Origin: the human T2T-CHM13v2.0 reference genome, Homo sapiens
Direction: 5' to 3' (one strand)
DNA: 64,000 nucleotides
Assembly (NCBI RefSeq): GCF_009914755.1
Contig: NC_060941.1
Of this stretch, positions 48,019-61,710 are shown piece by piece. A program made the position numbers and the translations under genes. The notes under the pieces are model-generated. The model made no database searches and had not been told where the DNA came from. It saw nothing but the letters and a program-made list of their open reading frames with translations. The first letter of the stretch is position 1; every line of letters starts with the position of its first letter.

Positions 48019-48796
48019 TCAAAACAAAACAAAACAAAAAAAACCATAAAGCCTCCCTGATACAGAAGGATGCCCAAGCACCCACATACAGCCCCCAGTG
48101 CCCTCCAGACCTGCCAACCTTTGCACAGCTCGCATTGTCTTACACTTGAGGCTCAGCCTCACACCAGCCCTTCCAATCCCCTGCACACTCCTGACTCTTT
48201 CTTACCTCTGTGCTTCTGCTCAAGCTCTTCTGTGGCCCAGAATGCCCTCCCCCTCTTCCTCATTCTTCCACTCAGCTCAAGTGGTCCTTCCTCCAGGAAG
48301 CCCTCCTCACCCACCCCAGGCTGGGTTAGACACCTGTCCTTTATGCTCCCAAAATGCATAGTGTATCCACCTCTATCACTGTCATTACCAAATTGTCCTA
48401 TAATTTTCTCTTTTAGTGAATCTCTCCCCAACCTGATACATGGCAGGTGACCTTAGAAAGACATACACACAAAACGCCCAAAGGCAGAAGGACAGGCAAG
48501 ATGAATTCTAGAGATTCTCCAACATGTGCATGCTAGCCCGCACCAATCACACACTCCACAAGCTGGCAGTCAACAAACATCCACCCACGCACTCACCAGA
48601 CAGGTGTGGGGGCAGCCCCCTCTACCTGCAGCCACTCAGGTCATCACCTGGGCATGATTTTCTTCTACAATCCCCTTCAGGGGGGCCTCTTGTGCCACAT
48701 GTCCCATTCCCAAAGCCCTCTGTAGCTAATACCCCATCCCCTACTGTGCCTCCCCAAGCACAGTGCCCTTGTGCCCACCTCCCTGGAGCACTGTAC

Positions 48797-48915
48797 CTTG
48801 GCCAGGGATCTTACTATGGGACTTTCCATAATGCCTCGAAGGAAGATCAGGTCCAGCTCTGCAGCCCCCGTGGCACTGGGGAGGGATCCCAAGTTGTCCA
48901 GGACTTGCTGCATGG
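48797..48915 (-). CDS. MPP2: MPP2 exon (119 nt), first L27: (A)MQQVLDNLGSLPSATGAAELDLIFLRGIMESPIVRSLAK
   Basis: Acceptor ccttcccccag and donor AAG|gtacag; phase 1-0. Confidence 0.96.
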
Positions 48916-49597
48916 CTGGGGGAAGGTACGGGCAGTGAGATACACAGGTACCAGCTGGGTACAGAAGACCAAAACACACCACAATACTTGCCACTTCCCC
49001 ACCCCCATGTCCCACAGAAGGCAGCCCCTCCCCGGCAACATTCCCCTCCCCAGCAACATTCCCCTCCCTGCCCAGCACAGGCACCCCAGGCCCTTGAATG
49101 CCTGGGACAGGGATCCTGGAGGAAGGGGACAGTTTCCTTGGCCTGTTCTCTCCACCCTAGGTAATGCCAGCCTGAGCAGGTGGGAGGCTCCAGGCAGCTG
49201 GAAGAGACTCTGAGGTGGAGAGAAGGGAGAAAGGGAAGCAGGTGTCAGGTTGCAGATCCTGCCCTGCACCAGAAAACCACAAGCTGTTGGGTGGATCACT
49301 TGAGGCCAGGAGTTCAAGACCAGCCTGGGCAACAAGGCAAAACCCCATCTCTACTAAAAATACCAAAATTAGCCAGGCATAGTGGTGTAGGTCTGTAATT
49401 CTAGCTACTCAGGAGGCTGAGGCAGGAGAACTGCTTGAACCTGTGAGGCAGAGATTGCAGTGAGCTGAGATCACGCCACTGCACTCCAGCCTGGGTGGCA
49501 GAGCAAGACTGTCTCTGGCCGGGCGCGGTGGCTCACGCCTGTAATCCCAGCACTTTGGGAGGCCGAAGCGGGTGGATTGCCTGAGGTCAAGAGTTCA

Positions 49598-49838
<241 letters not shown>

Positions 49839-51015
49839 TCAACCTCTAGATGGGCTGAAGCCCAGGGCTCAGCCACCTGTACCTGGCAGGCTCAAGGATG
49901 AGACAGACAGTACTTGGAACAAGTCCCTGAGTACAGGCCGAGTCAAGCAGGCAGCCACACAGGAGCCAGGGCCTGCAGCCTCCAGTCTAAGCACCACTAA
50001 TTCAGTGTGACATTGTACAAGTCACTGTCCCTCACTGGCCTCAGTCTTTCCTGCCTGTAAAATGGATGGATTGGGCTAGATGATGTTTACAGGCCTTCAG
50101 CTCTCAGTGACAATGATCTATAATCACTGAGAAATTAACATGGATGATAGGAAGTCAAAGCTGAGGCCTGGAACCCTGGCAGGAGCTAGGGAAACAGGCA
50201 CTGGAGGCCTTGGTGTGACCCAAAGGCTGAGGTCACACCAAGTCATCACAGGGATAAGCAAACTCTCAGCCCGAAATGGGACATAATGGAGGACACGATA
50301 ACACCTGCAGCTGGGCCGCAACAATGCCCCCGAGACCTGAGGTGAGGGCTGCCTTCACTCACTGACAGAGGTGGGAGTTCCAGGCTGTGGCAAGTTCCGG
50401 GGAAAGGAAGCGAGAAGCAGAATGTGCCCAGCTGGGGGCAGAGATGGGCGAAGGGTATCATTACTCTGCCACCATGCCGCCCATGCCTACATCTGCATAA
50501 CAGTACCCAAGCCACGGAGGACGGCGGAGGATGCACCCCTGGCGCCTCTCAATGCTCTTGTCAGTGCCCCCCTCCTCCAGGAAGGAACAGGAGTGGGGAG
50601 GAGGGGGCACTGGAACTGGAGCTGGCAGAGATGGTTCAGGGACTCCTGGACTCCCATCTCCTTCCTCCTCCTGCTCCCTGCCTTCTCCAGAAAAAAAAGT
50701 GCAAGCTTGCCCTTCAGACCCCTCTTGCCCAGGCCGGGGCTTGGCATTGGTCAGAGACCTGCGAGGCCCTCAGTGGGCTCTGAAAGAGGCCAGGGCAGGG
50801 ACCCTTCCCTTCCTGCCAGGGTATGCCAGATTCCCTCCGTTATCTAGGGGAGGACTGAGCCAAGGGAGTTGGTGCCCTCTGCCCAGGACAGCTCTCCTGA
50901 AGGTGCCCTCAGATGACCTCTCCCAGGCCACCCTCCCCAGATGCCCCGACTCTGCTGGAGGAAGGTAGGCTAAGGGGCCAGCTGCCCCGCCCCCATCTGG
51001 CCCGCCCTTCCCTAC

Positions 51016-51097
51016 CTTCCCTCTGGAGCTCCGCTTCCTCAGAAGACTCCAGGGATATACCCTCCAAGGAGACCCCGCTGCCTGGGCTGCCTGCCAT
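51016..51097 (-). CDS. MPP2: MPP2 alternative coding first exon MAGSPGSGVSLEGISLESSEEAELQRE (predicted 569-aa isoform)
   Basis: Perfect Kozak gccgccATGG and donor AAG|gtaggg in phase 1, which joins in frame to exon 48915. A CpG-rich region with CCAAT boxes lies upstream. Confidence 0.85.
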
Positions 51098-51099
51098 GG

Positions 51100-51460
51100 C
51101 GGCCCCCAGACCCGGGGACTCCCGGAGCGTCCTACACGCCGCCGTCTACCGCCTCCCCAGCCAAAGCCTGGCCGGGCTGGGGAAGGCGGGAGTCGAGGAG
51201 CGCCCTCTGAGGAACCAGCCAATGGGAAGGCTCAGCCGCCGTGACCGCCTTGCTGATTGGCTAAAGCCCTGACTGGCGCTGCGCGGTGCAGAGCAGGCGG
51301 TAACCCGGGTGGGAGAAGAGTGGTGGGAGGGAGCCCTAGTCCCACAGATTGCCCGATCCCCAGCATGTCAGTGTCGGTGGGGATGGGGAGGAGGCGGCTA
51401 ACAGGAAGTTTTGAGGAGGGGGTAGGCATGCTGCCCCTTCAAGACTGGCGCGGTACTCCG
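51100..51460 (-). promoter_or_regulatory. Internal CpG-rich MPP2 promoter with two CCAAT boxes
   Basis: Local CpG enrichment; agccaatg near 51217-51224 and tgattggc near 51254-51261, directly 5' of the alternative first exon. Confidence 0.65.
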
Positions 51461-53657
51461 AGACCCTCCCCTCACAGCCAGCTTCAGGAGACCCGAGGGA
51501 GAAAAGTCTTGGCCCATCTTGTCCCTGTACCCTCTTTTCTAGAAGCCCCTCCTCTAATACACCCCATGCCACCTCCTCCCTATGCCCTCTGACCTCTGCT
51601 CTCAGTCCCCTCTCCAGGCCCTGTTTCCTTTACAATAGTCCCTCAGTCTAAGGAAGTCCCCAAGAACGACTCAGCCCTCCACCGGGAGGCAGCCTCACTT
51701 GGGCATGGGGCAAATACCTCAAGCCTCAGACGCCTCCCCCTACCCACCCTTGGTCAGCCACTGGGAGGCAGGGTACGTGGGGGAGGTGGCATCGCTGTGG
51801 GTAGGGATGGTGCCCCAGCCCTGCTTACCCCTCGCCTCACAGCAGCTTCTTCCCCTCCCCCATCTCCCATGAGTTCTTCCTCTTAATGAAGGGGATGATG
51901 CCCAGGAAGCAAGTCAGGCATCTTGGAACTCATTTCCCCAGAAAGGAAAAATGAGGGCACATTTGCACACAGGGAAAAGTGTGGGCAGAAGGGAAGGACT
52001 CAGCTCCGCTCCGGTGACCCCATTCCTCTGAGATCTTGTGCCCAAGAGGCCACCATCAGGGTACTGCAGCCTCCACTCAGACATTCCCTGAGGAGTGGCA
52101 CCAGGTCGCATTGCACCCCTGGTTGCCATGACAGTAGAATTACACACCAGGACAGTAACCCAGGGATGGAGGAGAGATTTAAAGGGACAGCTCCACCTGA
52201 AAGCAGCCACATATCCCAGCCTTGATCCAAAAAAGGGAGGGAATCTGGTGACAGGGGAAGAGGGAGCAAGGCTGCAGGTCAGGAGATGCCAGGTTCAGGA
52301 TCTCTAAGTTCTCAGCCCAGTGCCACTGTCCATTTATCTCCCAAGTCTCAGGAAAAGGGCCCCTGACTCTACCCAAAGTAGATATGGGGTCTCCCTGCAA
52401 GAGGAATACACCCATACCCTTTCCCTCCCTTCAACCATACTGACCCATGGGGAAGGGCGGAAAAAGGATCTTATTAGCTTTGCCCTTTGCAGAGTCCAAG
52501 GCAGGGATCTCCCAGGGGAGGAGGAGGGAAGGGGAGCCTGAACTCAGAGGCAGGGACACAGCTGTCTCTCTATCCTGTGGGAAGTATAATGACCACCAGA
52601 TAATAAGGGGCAGAATCCACCATTAGATTTTTGAAGCTGGGAGCTAATGTAGCTCAGGATAGGACAGAGGCTGCCTGAAGGAAGAAAAACACTTTGTACT
52701 TCTTCCTTTGAATATGAGAAGCCAGGAGCAGCCCCTCGAACAACATGAAGGGGAGCAGGAGCCCCAGGAGTCCTTTGAGGAAGCAGAACCCACCGCCACA
52801 CCCCAAGGCTCCACTCCCTGTCCCCCATCCTCCCCCACCACGCCCCCATCAAGTGGTCTGCAACAACGAAGCCAAATTGCTGGGCTTGCTCCTCCTCCTA
52901 CGCCCCAGTCAGGCACTATTGGTGGGTTTACTGGGCAGTCCCAGCTGGAGAGGCCATTAAGCACAGGCTCAGGGGTGGGTTTAATTAATGCCTAAGCAGC
53001 TTACAGTGGGGCCTAGGCAGGCTGAAAGAGGCAGGGAGACCCCAGGGAGCCCAGCAGGCTGGACAGGAGATGGGGGACTGAGCCCTCTGATGCTGCAGAA
53101 GCTGGGGACATTGGTGCCATCCCTCCACTGCAAGGAGAAGAGGCCTTTCCTGGACAAGTGTACCACAGTTTAGGCCCTGGCTCACTCCCTTCACTTTCTC
53201 GGAGAGGAGGCACAGAGGAATCATTCTACCCAAAGTGGCAGCCCTGGAACCTCTGGCAGAGGCAGTAGTGGGACCTAGAGCAAGGGAAGGAGCTGCATGG
53301 GAGGGAGGCATCCAGGCAGGGGGAAGTTCAGACAACTCAGAGCAGAACCATAGCAGTTCCCAGCTGCCCGGGCCTCAGAGGGCCTCTAGCACAGGGAACT
53401 TAACCTTCTGGGGTCCTGCGTGCACTACGGGAATCCATGATCCCCTAGAGTAGAATATACCTTTTGTGCATGGATGCATATGTCTACGATGAGGGCTCAC
53501 TGCTGTCACCAGATTCTAAGTGACTCAGGACCAATAAAATTAAGAACAGGCCAGGTGTGGTGGCTCATGCCTGTAATCCCAGCACTTTGGGAGGCCAAGG
53601 CAGGTGGATCACCTGAGGTCAGGACAGCCTGGCCAACATGGTGAAACCCAGTCTCTA

Positions 53658-53876
<219 letters not shown>

Positions 53877-53936
53877 TCATCTTAGGGAAATCTCAGGTCT
53901 TCAAAAGGAGGTGACTGTTTCAAGGACACAGGGTTA

Positions 53937-54208
<272 letters not shown>

Positions 54209-54973
54209 CTAAAGAGCCACAACTTGTCTCAAAAACAACAACAACAACTTGGTGGCAGCGGCAGCAACAGCAGCATAATAATTATGACTATTCCTAAAAG
54301 TAATGTGCTCTCCCATTACAGCCTTTGCGTCTCACAGCAGCCTCTTTACAGAAGAAGAAATGCGAGCTCCAAGAGGTTAAGCAGTTTGCCACTGAGGCTT
54401 TGCTAGTTTGTCTGAGTGGCCCACTCCCTTGTCCTAATGCCTCCTACAGAGCCACGTCCAGGTATCCTAACCTGGCATTCTTGTTCCTTCACTCACAGCT
54501 TCCTGGTCCCCAGTACCCCCTGTCCACCTCTGGCACATGCTGGCCTAGTGGGCAGCGATTATGGACTTCTCAGCCCCAGACTGTGCTGCTGTAATCCCTC
54601 CACCCCCAAGCCATTCTCCAAGGCCCAGCTCCGGGGCCACCTCCTGAAGGCCTGGTCCTATGCCACTGCCCTCCAGCAATAGTACGGGTCACCTCTGGAG
54701 CATGCATCCCCTGCCCTCCACGGAGGTGAGTTGTGCTCCAGCCCTACACTGGAGCAGGTATGGGTCTTATTCTTTCTCTTCTCCGTTCCAGCACAGGAAC
54801 CCACACAGAGGAGATGGCCACAGCAGCTGCCAGAAGGAATGGCTGAGTGGTAGGGTGGACAGCAGTGGAGCCAGTTGGTTCTTATCTGGAGCTGTGCAAG
54901 TGCCCACCCCTAAGTCCTCGCCTGGCACCCTCTGAACCACTGAAATAAGCTAACATCCTCACCCCCTTCTTAC

Positions 54974-55004
54974 CAGTTTCAGAGTTGGTGGCGGCAACCG
55001 GCAT
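54974..55004 (-). CDS. MPP2: MPP2 main start: MPVAATNSET(A); coding part of the 64-nt exon 54974-55037
   Basis: Acceptor ctcccctctccag at 55040-55038, context ttcaccATG and donor CTG|gtaaga. The 12 coding exons sum to 1659 nt. Confidence 0.95.
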
Positions 55005-56157
55005 GGTGAAGGAGGCAAGGGCTCTGAAACGTCTCTCCTGGAGAGGGGAGAGAGGAGGATGAGCAGATACAAGGGCAAAGCAATGGGGAAGGGAATAGGA
55101 AGAGCCTCCCCTTCAGGACGAGCCAGAAAGGTAGGGGAGAAGGTGCTGCCCAGAAAGTGGGGGTTGGAGAACAACAATGATTCCAACAGTCCTGGGAAGC
55201 AGGAAGAGCAGGTATTACTCGCCTATTTCTCTGAGGAGGAGGAGACCAGGGAGGATAAGGGAGGTTAACTGATTTGCCCAAGTTCACAAAGCTAATAAGG
55301 AGAGCTAAAATGAAAATCCAGGTTTTATGACTCAAAAATAAGTATATAAATAAAGTGTTTCTTCCTGTTGTATTTTTTGTTTGTTTGTTTTTTGAAGAGG
55401 AAACAAGTAGAATTTTTAGAGGGTAAGAATATAATTTGGCTGAGCAAGGTGGCTCACGCCTATAATCCCAGCACTTTAGGAGGCTGAGGCAGGAGAATCA
55501 CCTGAGCCCAGGAGTTTGAGACCCACCTGGGCAACATGGCGAGACCCCCATCTCTACAAAAAAATTAAAAATTATCCAGGTGTGGTGGTGCATGCCTATG
55601 ATCCCAGCTACTTGTGGGGCTGAGGCAGGGGGAATCTCTTGAGCCCAGGAGGTCGAGGCTACGGTAAGCCATGATTGCGCCACTGCACTCCAGCCTGGGC
55701 AACAGAGCAAGAACCTGTCTTAAAAAAAAAAAGTCATTTTAAAAATAATAAAAGAGTCCAGAATTTGAGCCAAAGTAGAAAACATGAGTACTCCTAGACT
55801 GCAGGTTCCCTGAGAGTCAGAACCACATTGATTTTATTTGCTTCTGGAACCTAGGCCTACCAAAGCGCCGATGTTCCACATTTATCTGGGGGGCTGACAG
55901 AGTGATATCTACCTCTCCACGGCCCCTCTGGCTGGCTCTCTCTCCTCTCTCCCTTTCTTAGCTCAGAGCTGGCACAAGGAGACCAAGTGCTCTGGGCAGA
56001 ACCAAGCATGGAGTCTACAGCCCCAGTTTCCATTCCAGGGCCTCCCCAGGCTAGGAGTGGCTCCCTCGTTCTCCCAGGAGAGGGCAGGGGGTTACCCCCC
56101 ACCCTTCTTCCCTTTGCCTTCCTGGGCATGTGCTGCTGGATAAAACCCTAATTCCCA

Positions 56158-56171
56158 GTTGCCATGACAAC
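56158..56171. promoter_or_regulatory. RFX X-box GTTGCCATGACAAC in MPP2 intron 1
   Basis: One mismatch to the palindromic RFX consensus GTTGCCATGGCAAC. Confidence 0.6.
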
Positions 56172-57249
56172 AGGAGGCAGTGGCTCACAGCAGGGGTGGG
56201 GAGTGGGGGGAAGCATCTGGCAGTGCCCACTTTAGGACTGAATGCCTGCTGAGTCCTGGGGGTGGGGGAACCACGGCAACTCCACCTCCCCCCAAAAGAG
56301 GATTCTTCCCAGAGGACTAGTACCTGATTTCAATAAAACCCTCTCTGCTCCCATTCCCTTCTCAGGCCTGAGCTGGTCACCTGAGCTCAGGTGACAGAAA
56401 TTACAAAAGTGAGGGGGATGGTTCCCTTTCCTCCCAGCTCTGCCGCTGAGGACATGGAATAAAGGTGCTTTCAGGGAGAGGAAGGGCACCCCTATTCAGG
56501 CTACACCCAGGCTGGAAGAAATGCCCAGGATCCACTGTGCTGGCCCGTGCCCCTGGTGCCAATCTCTACTCCTAGAGAGCAGGGAGGAGGGGTCCCTTCC
56601 CTCCCCCTCCCAGGCCTTGATGACCTGGAGCCTTCTCCTGGCTGGCGCTGCTCTCCCTCACAGGTTCAGAGAAGAGACTCCAGAAGTCCTCCTTCCCTAG
56701 AGCGTGGAGGGCGGGAAAAGGCAGGGAGGATCCTGTATGAAATCCCTGCGCTCGGAAGTCTTGCCCAGCCTGCCTGGGTTTTCTCCCGGGGAGTCGGTTC
56801 CCACAGCATCGGCTGGCTTTGCTCCCCCACGCCCGTCCAAGCCTCTGAGAGGGCGGGGCCTGGCTGTGTCCACAGGAGAACGGCAGTGCCAGGCAAGCTA
56901 GCCTGGCTCCGTGCCAAGGTCCTGCACCCAGACATCTGGGAACCTGCACCTCGGCTTCCAAAAGCCTGGGCCCAGATGCCCTCTCAGCTCTGCCTCCGAG
57001 ATATCCACATCACCCATAGTGTCCGCAGGCGAGCGGACCAGCAGTGAAAGGGAGAGGTTTCTTCCAACCTCCCACCCATCCCTCCATCCATACACATACA
57101 AAGAGGTGCGGAGAAGAAAGGTCTGACAAAGGCGCTTTGGAGAGCGAGAGGTCGCGGGGAGGTCTGGACAGAACTGAGGGCCAGAGGATGGGGTCGAAAG
57201 GCCAGGCGGACGTGCATGCTTGGACCATCAGATCACCCCTGCCCCAACG

Positions 57250-58330
57250 GACCCAGCCCTAACACCCTGGGCGCTAGGACCTGGGGGAGGGGGGCGTGTT
57301 GTGAGCCATCAAAGAAGGCTCTCTACGTGCGCGCCCGCCGGAGACCAGGGATGAGGTCACTAAATGACTGCCCCGGCCAACCCCCACCCCGTCTTTATCC
57401 GCACCGCCCCCCCCTTAATTGACCTAACTTTCTAACCCTAGCTCTTCGCTTCTGGCACCGGTCCCCTCCCAAGTCTCCAGACCCTAACCCTGGCTCCCGA
57501 CCCGCCCCGCTACAGCTTGGGAAGCGGGAGAAGCAGCGCGCGCCCTTCTGCGGACCCCCTCCCAGGGAAGATTGTGGTGTTAGCTGCCTAGGGGGACCAG
57601 GGGGCCACCGGGACCCAGCGCAACCTCTGTCTCGCTCCCCAACCCCCGGAAGCGCTAACAGCACGGTTCTTACGTAATGCCGGGCTTCTCAGTCCCCCCA
57701 ACCCGCACAGCCCCCGGGGAGGCCGCGCAGATACCGGGGCCCCTCACAGCTCACCACCTTGGTGCCTGAAGCCACTTTGGAGCCCCTACCGCAGGGGCGG
57801 GGACCAGTGTCAATGGGCAGCGGGGCTTGGTTCTCCCAACCAGCACCCCAGAAAGAGGGCCCAGGGGCGGGGGCGGGTGGACAGGGAGGGAACGGGCCTG
57901 GGTGAAAGGGGCCTGTGGAGTTTAAACCCAGTGAATAGGGTCCTAAGTGCCGTGTCAGGACGAAAAGAAGGCGGAGGTCTTGGGATAGGAGCTGGCCCGG
58001 GGGCCGGGGGACGCCTACCTGCGCCGCGGGAAGCCCCTAGCTCCGGGCGGCTCCAGCGCAGCCGGGCGCTCAGCGTTTATTGCTTGTCAATCGCTAGCCC
58101 GGCTCTTAAAGCGGCAAGGCCTCTCCGCGAGGGGGCGGAGGTCCGGAGGAGAGGGGAGGTGAGGAGAACGCGGAGGCCGGCACAACTCGGAGGAAGTAGT
58201 CTTTCCCAGCAGCTGGTACGGGGGCAGCCAGGTAGTGGTTTGGGAGACACCGCACAGACCACGACGCCCTGCTGGAGTCCCACTGGGAAGGGTTAGGGAG
58301 GCAGGACTGGTACCAGTACCCGCTGGTGCC
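57250..58330. promoter_or_regulatory. CpG island / main MPP2 promoter
   Basis: Dense CpG and GC boxes (ggggcgggg at 57794 and 57864). A TATA-like TTTAAGA lies on the minus strand near 58104-58110. Confidence 0.8.
58019..58080 (-). other. MPP2: MPP2 non-coding first exon (5' end approximate)
   Basis: Donor CAG|gtaggc at 58019/58018 inside the CpG island, downstream of the TATA-like element; no ATG. Confidence 0.7.
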
Positions 58331-59587
58331 CCTCGGCTCCCAAGGATCCCTTAAAGGGGCGATGGTAAAAGTGCCTAATGAGACCGGCTTGATTACTCCG
58401 CCCACCCATCTTGGCTTAGACCGGCGTTCTAGTTCCAGGCGTGCCTCACTTTTCCTCGTTATCCTGCTTCCATATTGAGAAAAAGAATAGGAGGACTTCA
58501 GAGAGACTCCCAGGAAGCAGGATACCAGCCCCAGAAGGCCTCGGGATCAGGGGCAGCTTTTTAAGGACTCAGAGGGTGGATATCCGGATTCCAGACTTTC
58601 CAGAAATTTTGCAAAAAAGAGGAAATGTCTTCCTGAAAGGATTCGAGAGCCTCTTTTAGGTCTAGGTGAGGGAGGCCTGGTCCATTTTCCTGCCTATGGA
58701 ATAAAGAAGTAACTGGCTAGCCTTCCTCAGAGTCCCAGCCCAAAAAGTAAATAAAGGGTTAAACCCACTGGCCCGCCTTCGCCCAGCCTCCGGCTCCACC
58801 CCACATCTGCTAGTAAAAGATGCTGGGCCTCCAAATACGGGAGGCTCTGTGCAGTGCGACTAGCATTTGGGGCCAGCTACGCTACTTCTCCGACCTCGGC
58901 GTTCAGCCACCCCGTCCAGTTGCCCTGAACAAAATGTGAGAGTCATCCCTTTTCCTTGCTAACTGGATTCCTAAGATCATAAATGGACTGCATCTTTGGC
59001 CGGGCGCGGTGGCTCACTCCCGTAATCCCAACACTTTGGGAGTCGGAGGCGGGAGCATCGGTTGAGCCTAGGAGTTCGAGACTAGCCCAAGCAACATAGT
59101 GAAACCCCATCGCTACAAAAAATAAAATAAACAAAATTAGCTGGGCGTGGTAGCGCGCGCCTGTAGTCCCAGCTACTTGGGAAGCTGAGGCTGCAGTGAG
59201 CCGAGATTGCAACACCGCACTCCAGCCTGGGCAACAGAGTGAGACCCTGTCTCAAAAGAAACAAAAAGAAAAGAAATGGATTACATTCTGGAAACTTGCT
59301 TGGAAATCTCAGAAATGGGAATCTATCCCGAAAGCAGGGGACTGGTCCCTGGGTTCCAAGACTCAGCTCTCCCCTGAGTTCCAAGGGTATAAGTTTGGAT
59401 ATAGGAAAAAGCCACAGAGGCGGCCGAACTGCTGAAAACCACATTGTTTAGGTGACCCAGGCTTTTACTGAGAGAAGAAAGCCATCGAACCCAGATAGCT
59501 TTGACAGGAATTGCAGGCTTTGGTCTCTAAACAAAGAGGGTTCTTGGAGCGCATTGCTTGCAGCTCTTTCCTCTATCTGCAAGCTAG

Positions 59588-59923
<336 letters not shown>

Positions 59924-60086
59924 TAATTGAATTCAGGAAGAGTTCCCCTTTCCATTATAAAGGCTACCCTCCACTGTCACCTGTCCACCTCTGGGCTGGA
60001 AATCACTCAGCTATTTGTATTTTGGAAGAGGAAGGATCTTGAATCTCTACAAGATATTAATTACTTCTTAATCAAGCAATTATTAC

Positions 60087-60188
60087 CTCCATAGCGACCC
60101 ACATCAAATCTTCCATTCCATTTAGGATCCTCAGGACAGTCTGGGATCTCAGATTCTGGCCCACCTGGGGAGGTGGAGCCCAACTCAT
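60087..60188 (-). CDS. MPP2: MPP2 distal alternative coding first exon MSWAPPPQVGQNLRSQTVLRILNGMEDLMWVAME (predicted 597-aa isoform via ERRFRALASFT-MPVAA...)
   Basis: 34 open codons and donor GAG|gtaata in phase 0. The 33 nt before the main ATG (55037-55005) are stop-free and in frame. Resembles a recalled long isoform. Confidence 0.72.
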
Positions 60189-61029
60189 TATTCTTAGCGG
60201 CTGCCCCACTGCATTCGTCGGTCAACAAGTATCTCTCTAATAAAGGCCTTGCAGAATGCCAGCCTCTCACATCTGTTCAGGACCTTACAATTGACAAATT
60301 GTTTCATTCTCACAACAGCCTTGTGCAGTTACAGAATGAGAAGAAACATTTATTGATGCAGAATAGGATGCTCCTCTTCTGTGCCAGGCAAGGTACCACT
60401 TACTGTGATACTGAGATAGATAAGGGCCCTAACCTCCTAGAGTTCACAGTCTGGGGTTGAAGTCGGAAAGGAGTGTGTTACATAGATACAAAAAGCGCTT
60501 CTTGGTAGCACAGCTGAATGCCATAATAAAGGTGCAGTGTGTCCTAAGCTGTTCCCCAAAGGAATAGAGCTGCTAATGGTTGGCAATGGAGTAGCTGGGA
60601 AGGGAAGCAGGTTTGAAGGTCAGCAATGCATCCCCTAGTAGTTAAGGGCTGCCCCCTACCTCAAGAGGGGAATGAGTCCTCCTTCTCTGAGGTTTGTAAT
60701 TAGCTCTGCCTTCCTCCCTGCCTCAGCCTCAGAGGTCATAAAGGTGCAGGTAGTATATCTCCTTCCCCCAAAATCAAGGTATTCCTATGGTGGTGTTCAG
60801 CCCAGAGTTTTGGGAGTCAAGGCACAGAGAAAAATAAAACTCAAAAGTGTTACAAATTTCCAGCAGGTAAGGCTTTGCACTGAGTGATGGTGCACTTCCT
60901 ATAATGACCAGCAGGGGCCACCAACAGCTATTCCCAGTTTATCTACACCCAGCCTCTGAGGTGCTTCGCCTCCACACCTGCGACTGGCCAGTGCCTAGTT
61001 CTGGAAACCTTATTTATGGACTATACTTA

Positions 61030-61396
<367 letters not shown>

Positions 61397-61488
61397 CTAT
61401 AAACTATATTTGTGTTATTCAACTAATTAGTATGCATATTAGAAATCACACACATAGGGATGAATTTTTATTTTCATTTTATTTATAA

Positions 61489-61710
<222 letters not shown>

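Noticed and set aside
48524-49213. 229-aa + strand ORF
   Set aside because: Antisense to an MPP2 exon, Pro-rich, with no recognisable motifs.
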